Below, one piece after another: positions 38,800 through 52,639 of a DNA stretch of 64,000 nt; positions within the stretch are counted from its first letter, which is position 1; every line of letters begins with the position of its first letter. The stretch covers positions 191,890,001-191,954,000 of the forward strand of contig OZ024741.1 of the NCBI GenBank assembly GCA_964016885.1. The letters are read 5' to 3'. This stretch comes from Eledone cirrhosa. Lineage: Eukaryota. The notes under the pieces are model-generated. The model was not told the DNA's origin and made no database searches. It was given only the letters and a program-made list of their open reading frames with translations. A program made the position numbers and the translations under genes.

Positions 38800-41467
38800 G
38801 TTCAGCGACCTCATAGTCAGGACAAGACGTACTCGACAACAGAGGAGGACTATCCTCAGGAGAAAAATATGGAAGCTAAAGGACCCCACAGCCAGTAATA
38901 AATTTAAAATCATATTACTTGATGCTTTTGACAGTAAGGAAGAGCAATTAATGTCGTACAATATAGAGGAACAGTGGGAATTCCTGAAAGCTAACCTGCT
39001 GAAGGCGACAGATGAAGTCTGTGGCTGGAGCAGACCTATAGGCAGGAAGAGAGTAGCGTGGTGGTGGAACAGTAAGGTGGAGGAGTCAATCAAGGCCAAA
39101 AAACAGGCTTGGAAAGTATGGCGGGATGGGGGAAGTAGAGAAGACTATCAAGTGGCCAGGAGGGAAGCTAGGAGACAAGTGTACTTCGCAAGAAGGGAAG
39201 CAGAGGAAAGAAAGTTCAAGCATGTTCTACAACGCGAGGACCAAAAACGTGAGGTGTTCAGGATTGCTAGGCAATTTGTCAAGGAAAACCATGATATTGT
39301 CGGGGAGAAGTGTGTACTTAATGATGATGGTGTACTTGCCATCACTGACGCTGATAAGAAGGTAGCTTGGAAGTGTCACTACGAAAGGCTACTAAATGAG
39401 GAGAATAAATGGGAGAAAGACAGTCTCCCCCACATCGACCCAATAGAGGGACCAGCAGTGTTAGTCGAAGGTAGTATAATAAGTAAGGCAATCAAAGATA
39501 TGAAGACGGGTAAGGCGGATGGGCCTTCGGAAATAGTTGCTGAAATGCTGAAAGCTTCTGGAACGGTGAGACACACTATGGTCACCAGGATAGTAAACCA
39601 AGTCATACAGAATGGGGTCGTACCGAAGGACTGGCATAACAGCATCATCATTAACTGCTACAAGGGTAAAGGAGATGCCCTAGATAGGGGAAATTATGGA
39701 GGCATTACATTAATTGACCAGGTCATGAAGGTCACAGAAAAAGTAAAAGCGCAACTAATCAGAGAGCGAATTGATCTAGATGAAATGCAGTTCGGGTTTG
39801 TGTCAGGTAACAGTACAACAGACGCTCTTTTCATTGTACGACAACTACAGGAGAAGTACCAAGCTAAAAGTAAACCCCTATACTTAGCTCTTGTTGACTT
39901 GGAGAAACCCTTTGACAGAGTACCCCGCTTCATTATCTGGTGGCCTCTTAGAAAACTAGGTGTTGATGAATGGCTTGTGAGAGCTATACAAGCCATGTAT
40001 AAAGAAACAGTCAGCAAGGTTAGAATTAACAATGAATATAGTGAAGAGTTTAGCGTAAAAGTTGGTGTTCATCAGGGCTATGTCCTTAGCCCCCTCCTAT
40101 TTATTATTGCCCTTCAGAGGAGTTCAAGACTGGCTGCCCATGGGAACTTCTATACGCTGATGATCTAACACTTATAGCTGAATCAGTGGCTGAACTAGAG
40201 AAGAAATTCCAAACATGGAAGCACGGCCTAGAATCAAAAGGCTTAAAATTAACCTGTCTAAGACTAAAGTTCTAGTATGTAGGAAGGAAAATAGGGCACT
40301 GGTCCCATCCAGGAAATGGCCATGCTCAGTGTGTAGGAAAGGAATAGGCAGAAACTCCATTTTATGTCCCAAATGCAAAGTATGGGTGCATAAAAGATGT
40401 AGTGGGATCACAGGTAAGCTAACTAAGAATATAGATTTTATATGTGGCCGGTGCTCAGGTGCAATAAGTAGCAGCAAGTGCCAACAGAATACTAGCCCAT
40501 TCCATTGCAAAGATGGTTCTATAGAAAAAGTGGACACCTTCCGTTACCTGGGTGACAAAATCAGCAGTGGTGGAGAGTACTCTGAAAATACAGTAGCTAG
40601 AGTCAGAACGGGATGGAAAAAGTTCAGAGAGCTTATACCACTATTGGCCACTAAAGGTTTCTCTCTAAAAATGAAAGGCAGGCTGTATGATGCCTGCATA
40701 CAAACAGCAATGTTACATGGCAGTGAGACTTGGGCATTGTGTGCAGAGGATCTACGCAGACTGGAGAGGAACGAAGCTTTCATGCTCCGTTGGATGTGTA
40801 ATAGTAATATACGTGAACGGCAAAACATAAATGAACTAAGTGAGAAATTAGGAATAAGAGGGATCAGATGCTGTTTACTCGAGAGAAGACTACGTTGGTA
40901 TGGTCATGTGATGCGCATGAAAGATTACAGCTGTATAAAAAAGTGCAGGGCGATCAAAATAGACGGTAGCCACGGATTAGGCAGACCCAGAAAAACCTGG
41001 GACGACTTGATAAATTCCGACCTCACACCTCTCCAAGACAATGTCACTGGACTGAGATCTTTGGCGCTACGCAGTAATACAGAAGACCCGCCTTGCCTAA
41101 GTGCAAAGCGAAATCTACAGTCAGTAGGCACCTCTTACCAAAATACAACCCCCGTCCCACTACCCCCACCCCCTTTCGATGTAAAGTTATGTTGGTACCA
41201 CAACATCCAGTCCTAAATAAATGAGGTCGTGTAGATGTCATGACAAAAAAACACAGTCCACGCTGTAATGTGGCCGTGTAGGTAACACGGTAAAAACCTC
41301 CCAGTTCACACTGTAAACGTGGTTGGTGTTAGGAAGGGCATCCAGCCGTAGAAAACCCGCCAGACAGTCCTATACGAGCAAGACAACCAATCTTGCCTCA
41401 AGTGGGAAAATTCCCGTCCAAACCCATGCTAGCGTGGAAGATGGACGTTAAACGATGATGATGATGA
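38800..41467 (+). mobile_element. RTE LINE family A, 5'-truncated, frameshifted
   Basis: ORFs 38759..40168 and 40215..41216 with RT motifs; 3'UTR and (GAT)n tail; (TA)n flanks. Confidence 0.95.
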
Positions 41468-41487
41468 TATATATGTATGTATATATG

Positions 41488-41619
<132 letters not shown>

Positions 41620-41623
41620 CATA

Positions 41624-42202
41624 CAGAGTGTGGACAATACTTGTTCGCCATTTTCAACTGCTAATTTTATGCAAATTTTTTTTACTTCCGTTGTCACTCT
41701 TGTCTTCATAAAAACAGTGACTATATTTCCATTATTTATTTTCAGAATAATTGATTATGAATAATTTTGAACCTCCAAATTTGTGGAAGAAACACTGAGT
41801 TCTTCTTGGAATCCGCACCAGGAGGACAAATAAGGAAATTTCAGACTTTCTCAGCGTTATCAGGAGAATGGTGGAAAAGGTCAGAAAGGAATTGGAAGAT
41901 TCAGGATTCGACTACGAAGCAACATCAGAGAGGAAAACACATGATCGACGATCTGACGCCTTCAGAGCGCCCGAGTTCGTCACTGAAGTTCAGGATATCA
42001 TCAACAATGAACCTAGCAAGTCGATGCGTGCCATTGCAAGGGAGAAAGGCGTGGATGAAAAGCTCATTAGGCTGGTGGTACATGAAGACATTCGCTACGT
42101 TTCATACAAGATGAGGAAAGGACAATTTCTGTCAAAGGCGATACAAGAAAAGCGACTGAAGCACACAAAGAAGCTGATCAACAAGTTGAAACACCCACTG
42201 GG
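41624..42202 (+). mobile_element. Tc1/mariner transposon 5' fragment
   Basis: TA|CAGAGTGTGGACAA start; HTH-region peptide [33 protein letters not shown]; truncated before the catalytic domain. Confidence 0.75.
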
Positions 42203-42277
42203 TGTATATACATATATATATATATATACATATATATACACATATATATACATACATATATATATATATATATATAC

Positions 42278-42326
<49 letters not shown>

Positions 42327-42329
42327 TAT

Positions 42330-43100
42330 TATTCAGTTGATAAAAGGTGTTTGATCATATAATGCTCCAACTTTTTCATAAACAGACGTAACACACTCAA
42401 CAATTTGTATTCCTTAGGGTTTTCTCGGTAAGCTATCATCGGGTGTGTCAATATGAGACAGTTTTATTCATACATCTTTATTTTATGAATTCTATTATCC
42501 GCCTTTCAAAGATGTTAGAGTGGTTGTATAATAACCTTCTGGCATGTTTTCATCAGATAATGTCAGATGTTTTTTCCACTATTGAAATTCCTGGTTTCTT
42601 GTTTACACTGCTGACCAGTGCACATACAAATAGTATTGGTATTCTAGTAATTATATATGAAGTGGGAGACTATATTGTTGCTGGCATCCCATTACTGAAA
42701 GTAGGTTATGATATCAAATTACCAGAGGGGCATTAAAGCATATAAATTTTATCCAAAAAGAAATCAACATAATACTAACAGCCAGGAAAACTATCATCAA
42801 ATTCAACGAAGAATTATGGACATACGTGGATAGACCAGGAAATTTTGACATCACCATGGGCTCTATGGACTCAACCCAAGGTACAGACATTGATGGACTA
42901 TACATTCTACACCTAATTAAAAGGATTCCTGAACTAGGTGGTGGTTTGTACTGGGATGATGCCCTTTTTACATTAGTTAACCATAATAACAGCACCATCA
43001 ATAGCAAGAAAAAATGATAAACTTTTTTGGTCATTACGGTCTTAATCTTGAAATAAGAACTAACAGTAAAATAGCCAATTTCCCAACAGCCATCATGACC
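42330..43100 (+). mobile_element. Penelope-like fragment: inverted pseudo-LTR (42330-42735) plus RT piece
   Basis: NFDITMGSMDS...GLYIL...GLYWDD on +; minus-strand CTGATGA...GAAA motif at 42492-42560; related copy at 56283-56550. Confidence 0.7.
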
Positions 43101-43669
43101 AGCACAAACATTACCACTACGACCACTACTACAAATTTCAATAACAACATTACTTCTACTTCCAACATATTTCGTACCATCACTCTAACTCAACAATACT
43201 CATCACTAACATCACCATCACGAACTATACTAAAATGAAACTGTAATTACTCTCATATTTCTACACCTAATACTACTACTATGGCCTACACCATCAGCAT
43301 GATGTCCAAAAGTAACATTATTATATAAGTATCACCACTACAACTTTCCATACACTACTAATACCTTTTTCAAATTCACAACCACATGTGGCTACACACA
43401 AGGGAAAAAAATGATGAGACCAATAGATATGTACATTTATATCTAAATATCGTTATTATCATTTACAGATGTCCCTCTGTGGATAAAGTAAAATACATGT
43501 TCATTAATGCATATGCATGTATATATGTGGGTGTGTGTGTGCATGTGTGTGTGTGAATATATGTGTATGTGAGTGTGTGCACATTTTTATCATTGGAAAA
43601 TTTTTTGGACCTACCAATTCAACACCAAACGAGGTAAAAATGTTCAACTTTTCCCTTTTTTTGCATGAG

Positions 43670-44000
43670 CGTGTGCTTTGTATGAGGCATCTAGAAAGTA
43701 TCCATCAAAGAACTATGGATTTTACCATTCTGTTGGATCACTTAACTCCCAGGGACATTCAAACGGATTTTATCATTTACAATCCACTGAGAGAAATAAC
43801 AGATCTTTAGAAGAAAAATTTTAACGGATTGGTTGTGGACCAGAATCCAATTACATTCCACTGGCGACAACGCATGGAACCAACCTGGAGCAATTGTATC
43901 ACACATTCCTCCTTCACGTGCACTTACAATTTTTCAAAAACAACTTGATAGAATTCAGGACCAGTAATGTAAACATTCTGTAATTGTAAATATCTTGTAT
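43670..44000 (+). mobile_element. CR1/L2-type LINE 3' remnant
   Basis: NAWNQ...IFQKQLDR-like terminal peptide; weak. Confidence 0.4.
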
Positions 44001-44599
44001 CAGTAACATTCATTTCATTCTTTTCAAAGTGATCAAACTAAACTATCGCATATATGTAACGTTACTTCATTAACTTCAATAATTTTCAAAATGTGAGCAA
44101 ATAACACTTCAGTCCATTACCAAAATAACATCCACAAAATGTGTTAGAAATTCACTAAACTCCTAAATGGCAATAGCCAATGTAACCGCATCTTCGGTCA
44201 AAGAAGGCATTCGAGCTTCAGCAGCCAGCCTGGCATCTGAAATAGGTAGCAGTATCAACTACCACTACTATTACAAGAGGAAGGCAATAACAACACCATC
44301 AACAACATCATACCAGCAATCACCACAACTACCATTAACAAGAGGAAGCCAACACCAACAACAGTGACAATAACAACAACACCTGCAACATCAACACATA
44401 TTTTCAGGATTGATAGACTCATCTTTAGCTGCATGTGTGCATGCAGATCTCTGGGTCTTTCTGCTGGGAACCCCCGGTTTTGCTTGTCCACCTATTTGTT
44501 CATTTATTTACTAATCTTTTTACTTTCTCGTGTGTGTCCCCTCCTTGACCCACCCATTTTTTCTGCCTTGTCTTCTGTTGCCTCCTGATCTGGTGTAGG

Positions 44600-47117
44600 T
44601 GAGCTATGAAGCTTCACTCATATCAGCACTTTCCCTTCCACCCACATACAGTTGATCCTAACACCCAAGCCGATGACAACCAGCCACTCGCCTTTGATGC
44701 CCCAGTCCCCGGCTCCACGCCCCATCTTCCATCCCCATCAGTCGACACCTGCAACACTTGCAGCACCACAAACAGGCGGAAGAGGGGCCGGAACTGTTTG
44801 GGTGTTGATTTTTCCACCACCTCACTTGTGTTGGCTTGACGCATCGAGCCTCCAGTGCCCTCGCAGAGTGGAGATGCAGCAACTGTCACTTACCCTCGTC
44901 TGCTCAGCCTTGGCCATCTGGCACACCACTAAATGAGACAGCGAGCTTGTCTGATGCTCAAGCCTCGCTGGTCAACATCACTCGGCTCAGACAGCTCCGT
45001 AAGATTCCACTCGTGATCCTGAGAGCAGTCCGGGTGCTGGTAGCTGATGCCCTCGCTTCCTCAATTGAAAGGGCCTAGGACTCTAATCAAGCCAGCGACT
45101 GGGAGCGCCTCTTTTATTTCGTCCCACTCGCTCTCGGCCTCCCCAACTCTGGTGCTGACCGAGGCACCTTGTCGACAGCAGCGCTTGTCAAGGCCAATGT
45201 TTCAGCCTTTGAGCAAGCACCCATCCCAAGCTTGCCAAAGGACGCCACACCCTCTGCCATTGGGTGTCTTCAATCCTCCGCTCCTGAGGTCAGCGCCAAG
45301 CGTTTACATGACCATGTAAATGCCAAACTAATCATGGGTGATGTCTCGGCTGCAGTCAGAGGACACTGTCCTCCAACCCACCAAAGAGGTCCTGGCTGCC
45401 CTGCAACTCAAGCACCCTGAGTCACCCACTGACCTTTGACCCATACCCCCACCTGATCCTCACTTGCTTATTGTGGCTTCCGACGCAGACATCATGTCTG
45501 CCATCAAGCCCTTCCCAGCCAGCAGCAGTGGAGGTGCTGATGGTCTCCGACCTGGCCACGTCAAGGAGTTAACTCCCTTCTCCACTGAGGCTGGGTACCA
45601 CCTTCTGAGTGCAATTGTGGCACTCACCAATAGGCTCATCCCTGGATCCTCACGCCCAAATACTCTTTTTGGGGGGATAGCCTGACCGCTCTCAGGAAGA
45701 AAGAGGGTGGCATACGCCCAATCGCTGTGGGCAATGACTTCTGGAGGCTGTCTGCAGGTCCATCACATCTGAGCTGAGTGAGGAGCTCAGTCCAGTGTAA
45801 CTGGGTGTCGGCGTGTCCAGTGGCTGTGAGGGGTCCGCACATGCAATCAGGCAGTTCTTCAATAGCTGCCCACTGGAACGAGCACCCAGGGATTCCAGGC
45901 TCCTCATTGTCAAGCTTCACATGAAAAATGCATACGCCATGACCATCTGCTCGATGCCTGCCTCAGCCGAGCCCCCTCTGCCTACCTGTCATATGGTGCC
46001 CCGAGCATGCTCTTTGCTGCTGATACGGTCATATCTTCAGCCACTGGGCTCCAACAGGGTGACCCTTTGGGCCCTCTCCTGTTTGCTCTTGGTATAGACC
46101 ACATTGCCCGGAGTATCCCAGCCCCTCTCAATGTTTGGTACCTGGATGACGCTTTGTTGGGCAGGCCTGTAGAGACTATCTGCCACGGCCTACAATCGGT
46201 GATTCCTGACCTGGCGGCAATTGGCCTCCAGGTCAACTCGTCCAAGTGGTGAATGTCAACCACGACGCTGAGAGCTTTGCAGCCTCCGTCTCAGACATGT
46301 GGTCCATTCTCAACCAGGAACAGGTGATGTCCTCATCCTTGGGTCCCCGATACACCTGCCAGCCATCCGCTCCACCATCAGGTCCAGACTCCAGCAACTC
46401 AAGATCCCCACGAGCCAACTGGAACTGCTTCGCCATGCCAAAGCTCCTCTATACCCTTCGCAGCGCTCCATGCTACAGCTATGCATCTCTCCTAACTGAC
46501 CTCAATACTTGTATCCGAGCAGCAGCTGAGGAGATATGCGACGTTAGGTTTGACGACATAGGATGGCAACAGGCCACTTTACCTGTCAGATATGGTGGCT
46601 TTGGCCTCCTGTCCCGGATTTTGTTGGCTTTGCCAGCGTTTCTTTCGTCAGTAACCTCATGCAGCGTCCTCGTCAGCAGGTTTCTCCAAAACAATGGAAC
46701 CCTCTGTGTTCGAGGAACGTGAGGCTGCCTACAAGACATAGGACTGGCTGGGACTTAGCCCAATAGACGTCCCTCCTCCTCCCGCCCCCTGCTGACGTTC
46801 AAATCCCCCCAAAGCGTATGGGATGCCATCCAGTGCAGCCTGGCCTCAGACAGGCTCACGCGCCAGCTCGACCAGCACCGCCTTGCCTGTTTTCGCGCAG
46901 CCTCCAAACCCCACAGTGGTGCCTGGCTCCATGCCTTACCCTCCTTCTCCACTGGCATGCAGCTGGACAACAATAGCCTGTGCATCAGTGTTTCCCTGAG
47001 GCTTGGCCTCCGGATCTGTGAGCCACACAAATGTCACTGCAGGTCCACTGTGGACTCTTTCAGCCTCCACGTGCTTTCCTGTCGCCACAGTGCCGGTCGC
47101 CTTCCACGAGGTCATAA
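44600..47117 (+). mobile_element. CRE-clade non-LTR retrotransposon, degraded
   Basis: SSGGADGLRPGH, KKEGGIRPIAVG, GVSSGCE, GLQQGDPLGPLLF, WYLDD, QATLPVRYGGFGL, SGAWLHALP, LRLG..C..C...H..SC; ends before the restriction-like endonuclease motif. Confidence 0.85.
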
Positions 47118-47139
47118 TACATGGCTTGGATGCTGCAGG

Positions 47140-48320
47140 CTTATATTACCCATACCACAAATGAAATGAAAACCATAATTACGTTAGCTACTTCTCAAAC
47201 CACCTTAGAAATGTTAAAAAGGGTGTAGTCAAGAGCGTAGCACAAAGGATCTCCAGACTCTCAGCAAATAGAGATTTCTTCAATAGCAAAGCTAGTTACT
47301 ATGATGATGTATTGGCTAGAGCTGGATACCATGACAAAACAAAATACATACAAAAAAATAGAATTACACACCCACACATAGGAACAAACAAACCAATAGC
47401 ATAAACACTAGCCAACACATGATAAATGATAATAATAATAATAATAGGGGTACCCAAAACCAACATAATAGAGACAGAACAAATCCAACATTCACTAAAT
47501 CTAGTACCACTACTACCATAAGACCAACAAAGAAAATTAGATCCTGTTTCGCACTATGATATAACCAACCTCACTTGGGATTAAAAAACAAACATAGCTT
47601 GATGTTTTTTTAACGCATTAGATAAGTGCTTTCCGAAATCACACAGATATAGTAGAATCTTTAATAGACACACAGTTAAACTATCATAATCCACAACGAA
47701 AAACATAGCACAAAACAGCAAAGATTAATAATAGAAATTTAAAAATTCAGCATAACGGAAACACACACACTATCAAACAAAACAATGAACACCAGCTAAA
47801 TATTAAAGGGATGACTAATAACACGCAAAATAGACAAAACACCACGAAGACACAACAGACAGATCAACGAACACACAGACACAGGGAAAAAATAACAAAC
47901 AGTAACAATAACAATAAAATTAACTGCCAAATTCCAGCCAACTGCCCTATGCAGAATAAATGCCTAGATAGAAGCATTGTTTATGAATGTAAAATCACTA
48001 CTAGAAATAAAACATATGCAACTTCAACTAGCTTTAAGGAAAGGTGGTACAACCATCGACACACTTTTAAATGAGCTGATAAAAGAACTAGCACGGCTCT
48101 ATCTGAACTGATATGGAAGTTAAAAAGTAACCAAGTATAAATAAACTATATCCACGTCCAAACTAGGATATGCTTTTCTTTATTTAAACGAAGCTATATC
48201 GACTGTTTGTAATCTATGTACAACTAAGACATTACATGTTATAAATAGAAGACACAGTTATTAATAAACGTTCCAACATATTTAACACCTGTATGCATAA
48301 AATCTCGAAAACTTTCCGCA
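47140..48320 (+). mobile_element. Penelope-like RT-thumb/GIY-YIG remnant
   Basis: RISRLS, IFNRHTVKLS, NCPMQNKCLDRSIVYEC and FKERWYNH peptides with stops. Confidence 0.8.
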
Positions 48321-48661
48321 ATTGGTAATCTAAAGTAGACCATAAAATAATGACTAAACCATACATCAATACACAGTTACACAGAAATCTCCTTATCCAA
48401 TGATTAATGCCTATGATAAAAATATATATATGTAGAATTAAGTTCAAAAACTAAAAAACAAATTAGTAGTTCATTCAAACCAAATCTATGAAACCTATGA
48501 ACTTGAGCAAAGGTCCTCAATTAATTCTTTAGATACAGAGTCAGATATTAGGTATAAAAATAAAAACAACAAAATAAAAACAAAGTTATAAAGTAACTTG
48601 ACTTTGTTCTTATTATTTTCATTGTTAATTTGATAACACACACACACACGCATATATATAT

Positions 48662-51600
48662 ATGGGAAATGACAATGGGCTGGGTGGGGTAGGAATCATG
48701 TTAGCAGAAAAATGGGTGGATAAGATAATAGACATAAATAGAGTGAATGACAGAATAATTAAAATAAGACTTGTTCTAAATAGAACTACTGTGACGGTAA
48801 TATCTGCGTACGCGCCCCAATCCGGACTGCCTGGCGCTATAAAAGACAGTTTCTATGAGACACTGATGCTCACTACCTCCCAAATAACCGACAGTGATTA
48901 TATAATTATTGCTGGCGACCTAAATGGTCACGTTGGACAACATTGTGACGGTTATGATGGAATCCACGGAGGCTATGGGTTTGGTACTAGAAATGAGGAA
49001 GGCTCCAGAATCCTGGAATTCTGTGATGCAAATAACCTAACTATCTGTAACACTAACTTCAAAAAACGAGACAATCACTTGATCACCTACAGATCAGGGG
49101 AACATACCAGTCAGATAGATTATATCCTTACCAGAAGACGTGACAGAGTGTCTGTTGTAAACACTAAATCCCTCCCCCATGAAGAATGCACTTCCCAACA
49201 TAGACTGATAATTAGCGACCTCATAGTCAGGACGTGACGTACCCGACAGCAGAAAAGGACTATCCTTAGGAGAAAAATATGGAAACTAAAGGACCCCACA
49301 GCCAGAAATAAATTTAAAAGCATATTACTTGATGCTTTCGACAGTAAGGAAGAGCATTTAGAGCCGTACAATATAGAGGAACAGTGGGAATTCCTGAAAG
49401 CAAACCTGCTGATGGCGGCAGACAAAGTCTGTGGATGGAGCAGGCCTATAGGCAGGAGGAGAGTAACATGGTGATGGAACAGTAAGGTGGAGGAGTCAAT
49501 TAAGGCCAAAAAGCAGGCTTGGAAAATATGGCGGGATGGGGAGAGAAGACTATCAAGTGGCCAGGAGGGAAGCTAGGAGACAAGTGTACTTCGCAAGAAG
49601 GGAAGCAGAGGAAAGAAAGTTCAAGCATGTTCTACAACGCGAGGACCAAAAACGTGAGGTGTTCAGGATTGCTAGGCAATTTGTCAAGGAAAACCATGAT
49701 ATTGTCGGGGAGAAGTGTGTACTTAATGATGATGGTGTACTTGCCATCACTGACGCTGATAAGAAGGTAGCTTGGAAGTGTCACTACGAAAGGCTACTAA
49801 ATGAGGAGAATAAATGGGAGAAAGACAGTCTCCCCCACATCGACCCAATAGAGGGACCAGCAGTGTTAGTCGAAGGTAGTATAATAAGTAAGGCAATCAA
49901 AGATATGAAAACGGGTAAGGCGGATGGGCCTTCGGAAATAGTTGCTGAAATGCTGAAAGCTTCTGGAACGGTGAGACACACCATGGTCACCCGGATATTA
50001 AACCAAGTCATACAGAATGGGGTTGTTCGGAAGGACTGGCGTAGCATCATCATCATTAACTGCTACAAGGGTAAAGGAGATGCCCTAGATAGGAGTAACT
50101 ATAGAGGCATTAAATTAATCGACCAGGTCATGAAGGTCACAGAAAAAGTAATAGTGCAACTAATCAGAGAGAGAATTGATCTAGATGAAATACAGTTCGG
50201 GTTTGTGTCAGACAAAAGTACCACAGACGCTCTTTTCATTGTACGACAACTACAGAAGTATCTAGCTAAAAGTAAACCCCTATACTTAGCTCTTGTCGAC
50301 TTGGAGAAAGCCTTTGACAGAGTCCCCTGTTCCATTATCTGGTGGGCTCTTAGAAAACTAGGTGTTGATGAATGGCTTGTGAGAGCTATACAAGCCATGT
50401 ATAAAGAAACAGTCAGCAAGGTTAGAATTAACAACGAATATAGTGAAGAGTTTAGCGTAAAAGTTGGTGTTCATCAGGGCTCCGTTCTTAGCCCCCTACT
50501 ATTCATTATTGCCCTTCAGGCGATAACAGTGGAGTTCAAGACCGGCTGCCCATGGGAACTCCTATACGCAGATGATCTAACGCTCATAGCTGAATCAATG
50601 GCCGAACTAGAGAAAAGATTCCAAACATGGAAGCATGGCCTAGAATCAAAAGGCCTTAAAATTAACCTGTCTAAGACTAAAGTTCTAGTTTGTAGGAAGG
50701 AAAATAGGGCGCCGGTCCCATCCAGGAAATGACCATGCTCAGTGTGTAGGAAAGGAGTAGGTAGAAACTCCATTTTATGTCCCAAATGCAAAGTATGGGA
50801 GCATAAAAGATGTAGTGGGATCACAGGCAAGCTAACTAAGAGCATAGATTTTATACGTGGCGGGTGCTCTAGTGCAATAAGTAGCAGCAAGTGCCCACAA
50901 AATACTAGCTCTTTCAATTGCACAGATGGTTCTATAGAAATAGTGGACTGCTTCCGTTACCTGGGTGACAAATTCAGCAGTGGGGGAGGGTGCTCTGAAA
51001 GTACAGTAGCTAGAATCAGAACTGGATGGAAAAAGTTCAGAGAGCTTATACCACTATTAGCCGCTAAAGGTTTCTCCCCAAAAATGAAAGGCAGGCTGTA
51101 TGATGCCTGCATACGAACAGCAATGTTGCATGGCAGTGAGACCTGGGCATTGTGTGCAGAGGATATACGCAGACTAGAGAGGAACGAAGCTTGCATGCTC
51201 CGCTGGATGTGTAATAGTAATATACGTGAACGGCAAAGCATAAACGAACTAAGGGAAAAATTAGAAATAAGAGGGATCAGATGTTGTTTACTCGAGAGAA
51301 GGCTACGTTGGTATGGTCACGTGATGCGCATGAAAGACGACAGCTGTATAACAAAGTGCAGGGCAATAAAAATAGACGGTAGCCACGGAGTAAGCAGACC
51401 TAGAAAAACCTGGGACGACTTGATAAATTCCGACCTCACACACTTAGACCTCTCCAAGACAATGTCACTGGACCGAGATCTTTGGCACTACACAGTAATA
51501 GAGAAGACCCGCCTTACCTAAATACAAAGTAAAACGTACCACAGTCAGTAAGCACCTCTAACAAAATACACCCCCGTCCCACTACCCCCACCCCATCCAC

Positions 51601-51913
51601 ACCACCCCTTTCAATGTAAAGTTATGTTGGTACCAACATCCAGCCCGAAACAAATGAAGTCGTGTAGGTGTCACGACAAAAAAAAACACACAGTCCACGC
51701 TGTAATGTGGCCGTGTAGGTAACACGGTAAAAACCTCCCAGTTCCACACTGTAAATGTGGTTGGTGTTAGGAAGGGCATCCAGCTGTAGAAAACAGTCAA
51801 ACAGTCCTATGTGAGCAAGACAACCACTCTTGCCTCAAGTGGGAAAACTCCCGTCCAAACCCATGCAAGCGTGGAATATGGACGTTAAAGGATGATGATG
51901 ATGATGATGATGA
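48662..51913 (+). mobile_element. RTE LINE family A, near full-length ORF with few disruptions
   Basis: Endonuclease (SAYAPQ, AGDLNGH, SQIDYIL), RT (QGSVLSPLLF, YADD), Cys/His finger, C-terminus, 3'UTR and (GAT)n tail. Confidence 0.96.
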
Positions 51914-51917
51914 TATA

Positions 51918-52125
51918 TGCGTAGTGTGACAAGAAGCTTGCTTCCAAACTATATGTTTCCAGGTTCAGTCCCACTGCCCAGGCCGACCAAAGACCTGTGA
52001 GTGGATTTGATAGACCGAAACTAAAAGAAGCATGTCGTATATATGTCTATATGTCTGTGTGTGTCTTTGTGTTTGTATTTGCCCTCCCACCAATGTTTGC
52101 TGGTTTGTTGACCCCATAACTTACT
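51918..52125 (+). mobile_element. Internally deleted SINE of a third family
   Basis: AAGAAGCTTGCTTCC...GGTTCAGTCCCACTG B-box-like head, then GGCCGACCAAAG..GTGAGTGGATTTG. Confidence 0.55.
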
Positions 52126-52146
52126 AAGTCCAGAGACAGAAAAAAA

Positions 52147-52201
<55 letters not shown>

Positions 52202-52217
52202 GGTATGTGTGTAGAAG

Positions 52218-52620
52218 AGGGGTCTCAAACTCAAGGACATAAAAGGGCCATTACGTTCTGGAGAAGAGGCACAGTGGGCCAAACGTGGTGGTGGGAGATG
52301 ATTTTCACCAGTTCTAATCATTTCTACTATAGGCACAAGGCATGAAATTTGTGGTTTAGGGTCCTGTCGATTACATCGATCCCAATTCACAACAGGTACT
52401 TAATAAATCGACCCCAAAAGGATGAAAGGCAAAGTTGAGATCGGCGGAATTTGAACTCGGAACGTAAAAACGGAAGAAGTACCGCTAAGCATTTTGCCAG
52501 ATGTGCTAACAATTCCACCAGCTCACCGCCTTATTTTCACCAGTATAATGGAATCTGAAATAGTGGTTCTACCATGGGCCATAGAAAAGTAGTTCACGGG
52601 CCGTATGTTTGAGCCCCCTG
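52218..52620. mobile_element. hAT-type MITE with a nested S1-related SINE (about 52315-52531, minus strand)
   Basis: AGGGGTCTCAAAC / GTTTGAGCCCCCTG termini; the SINE is flanked by an ATTTTCACCAGT duplication. Confidence 0.6.
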
Positions 52621-52639
52621 TTGGAGAGATAGATAGATA

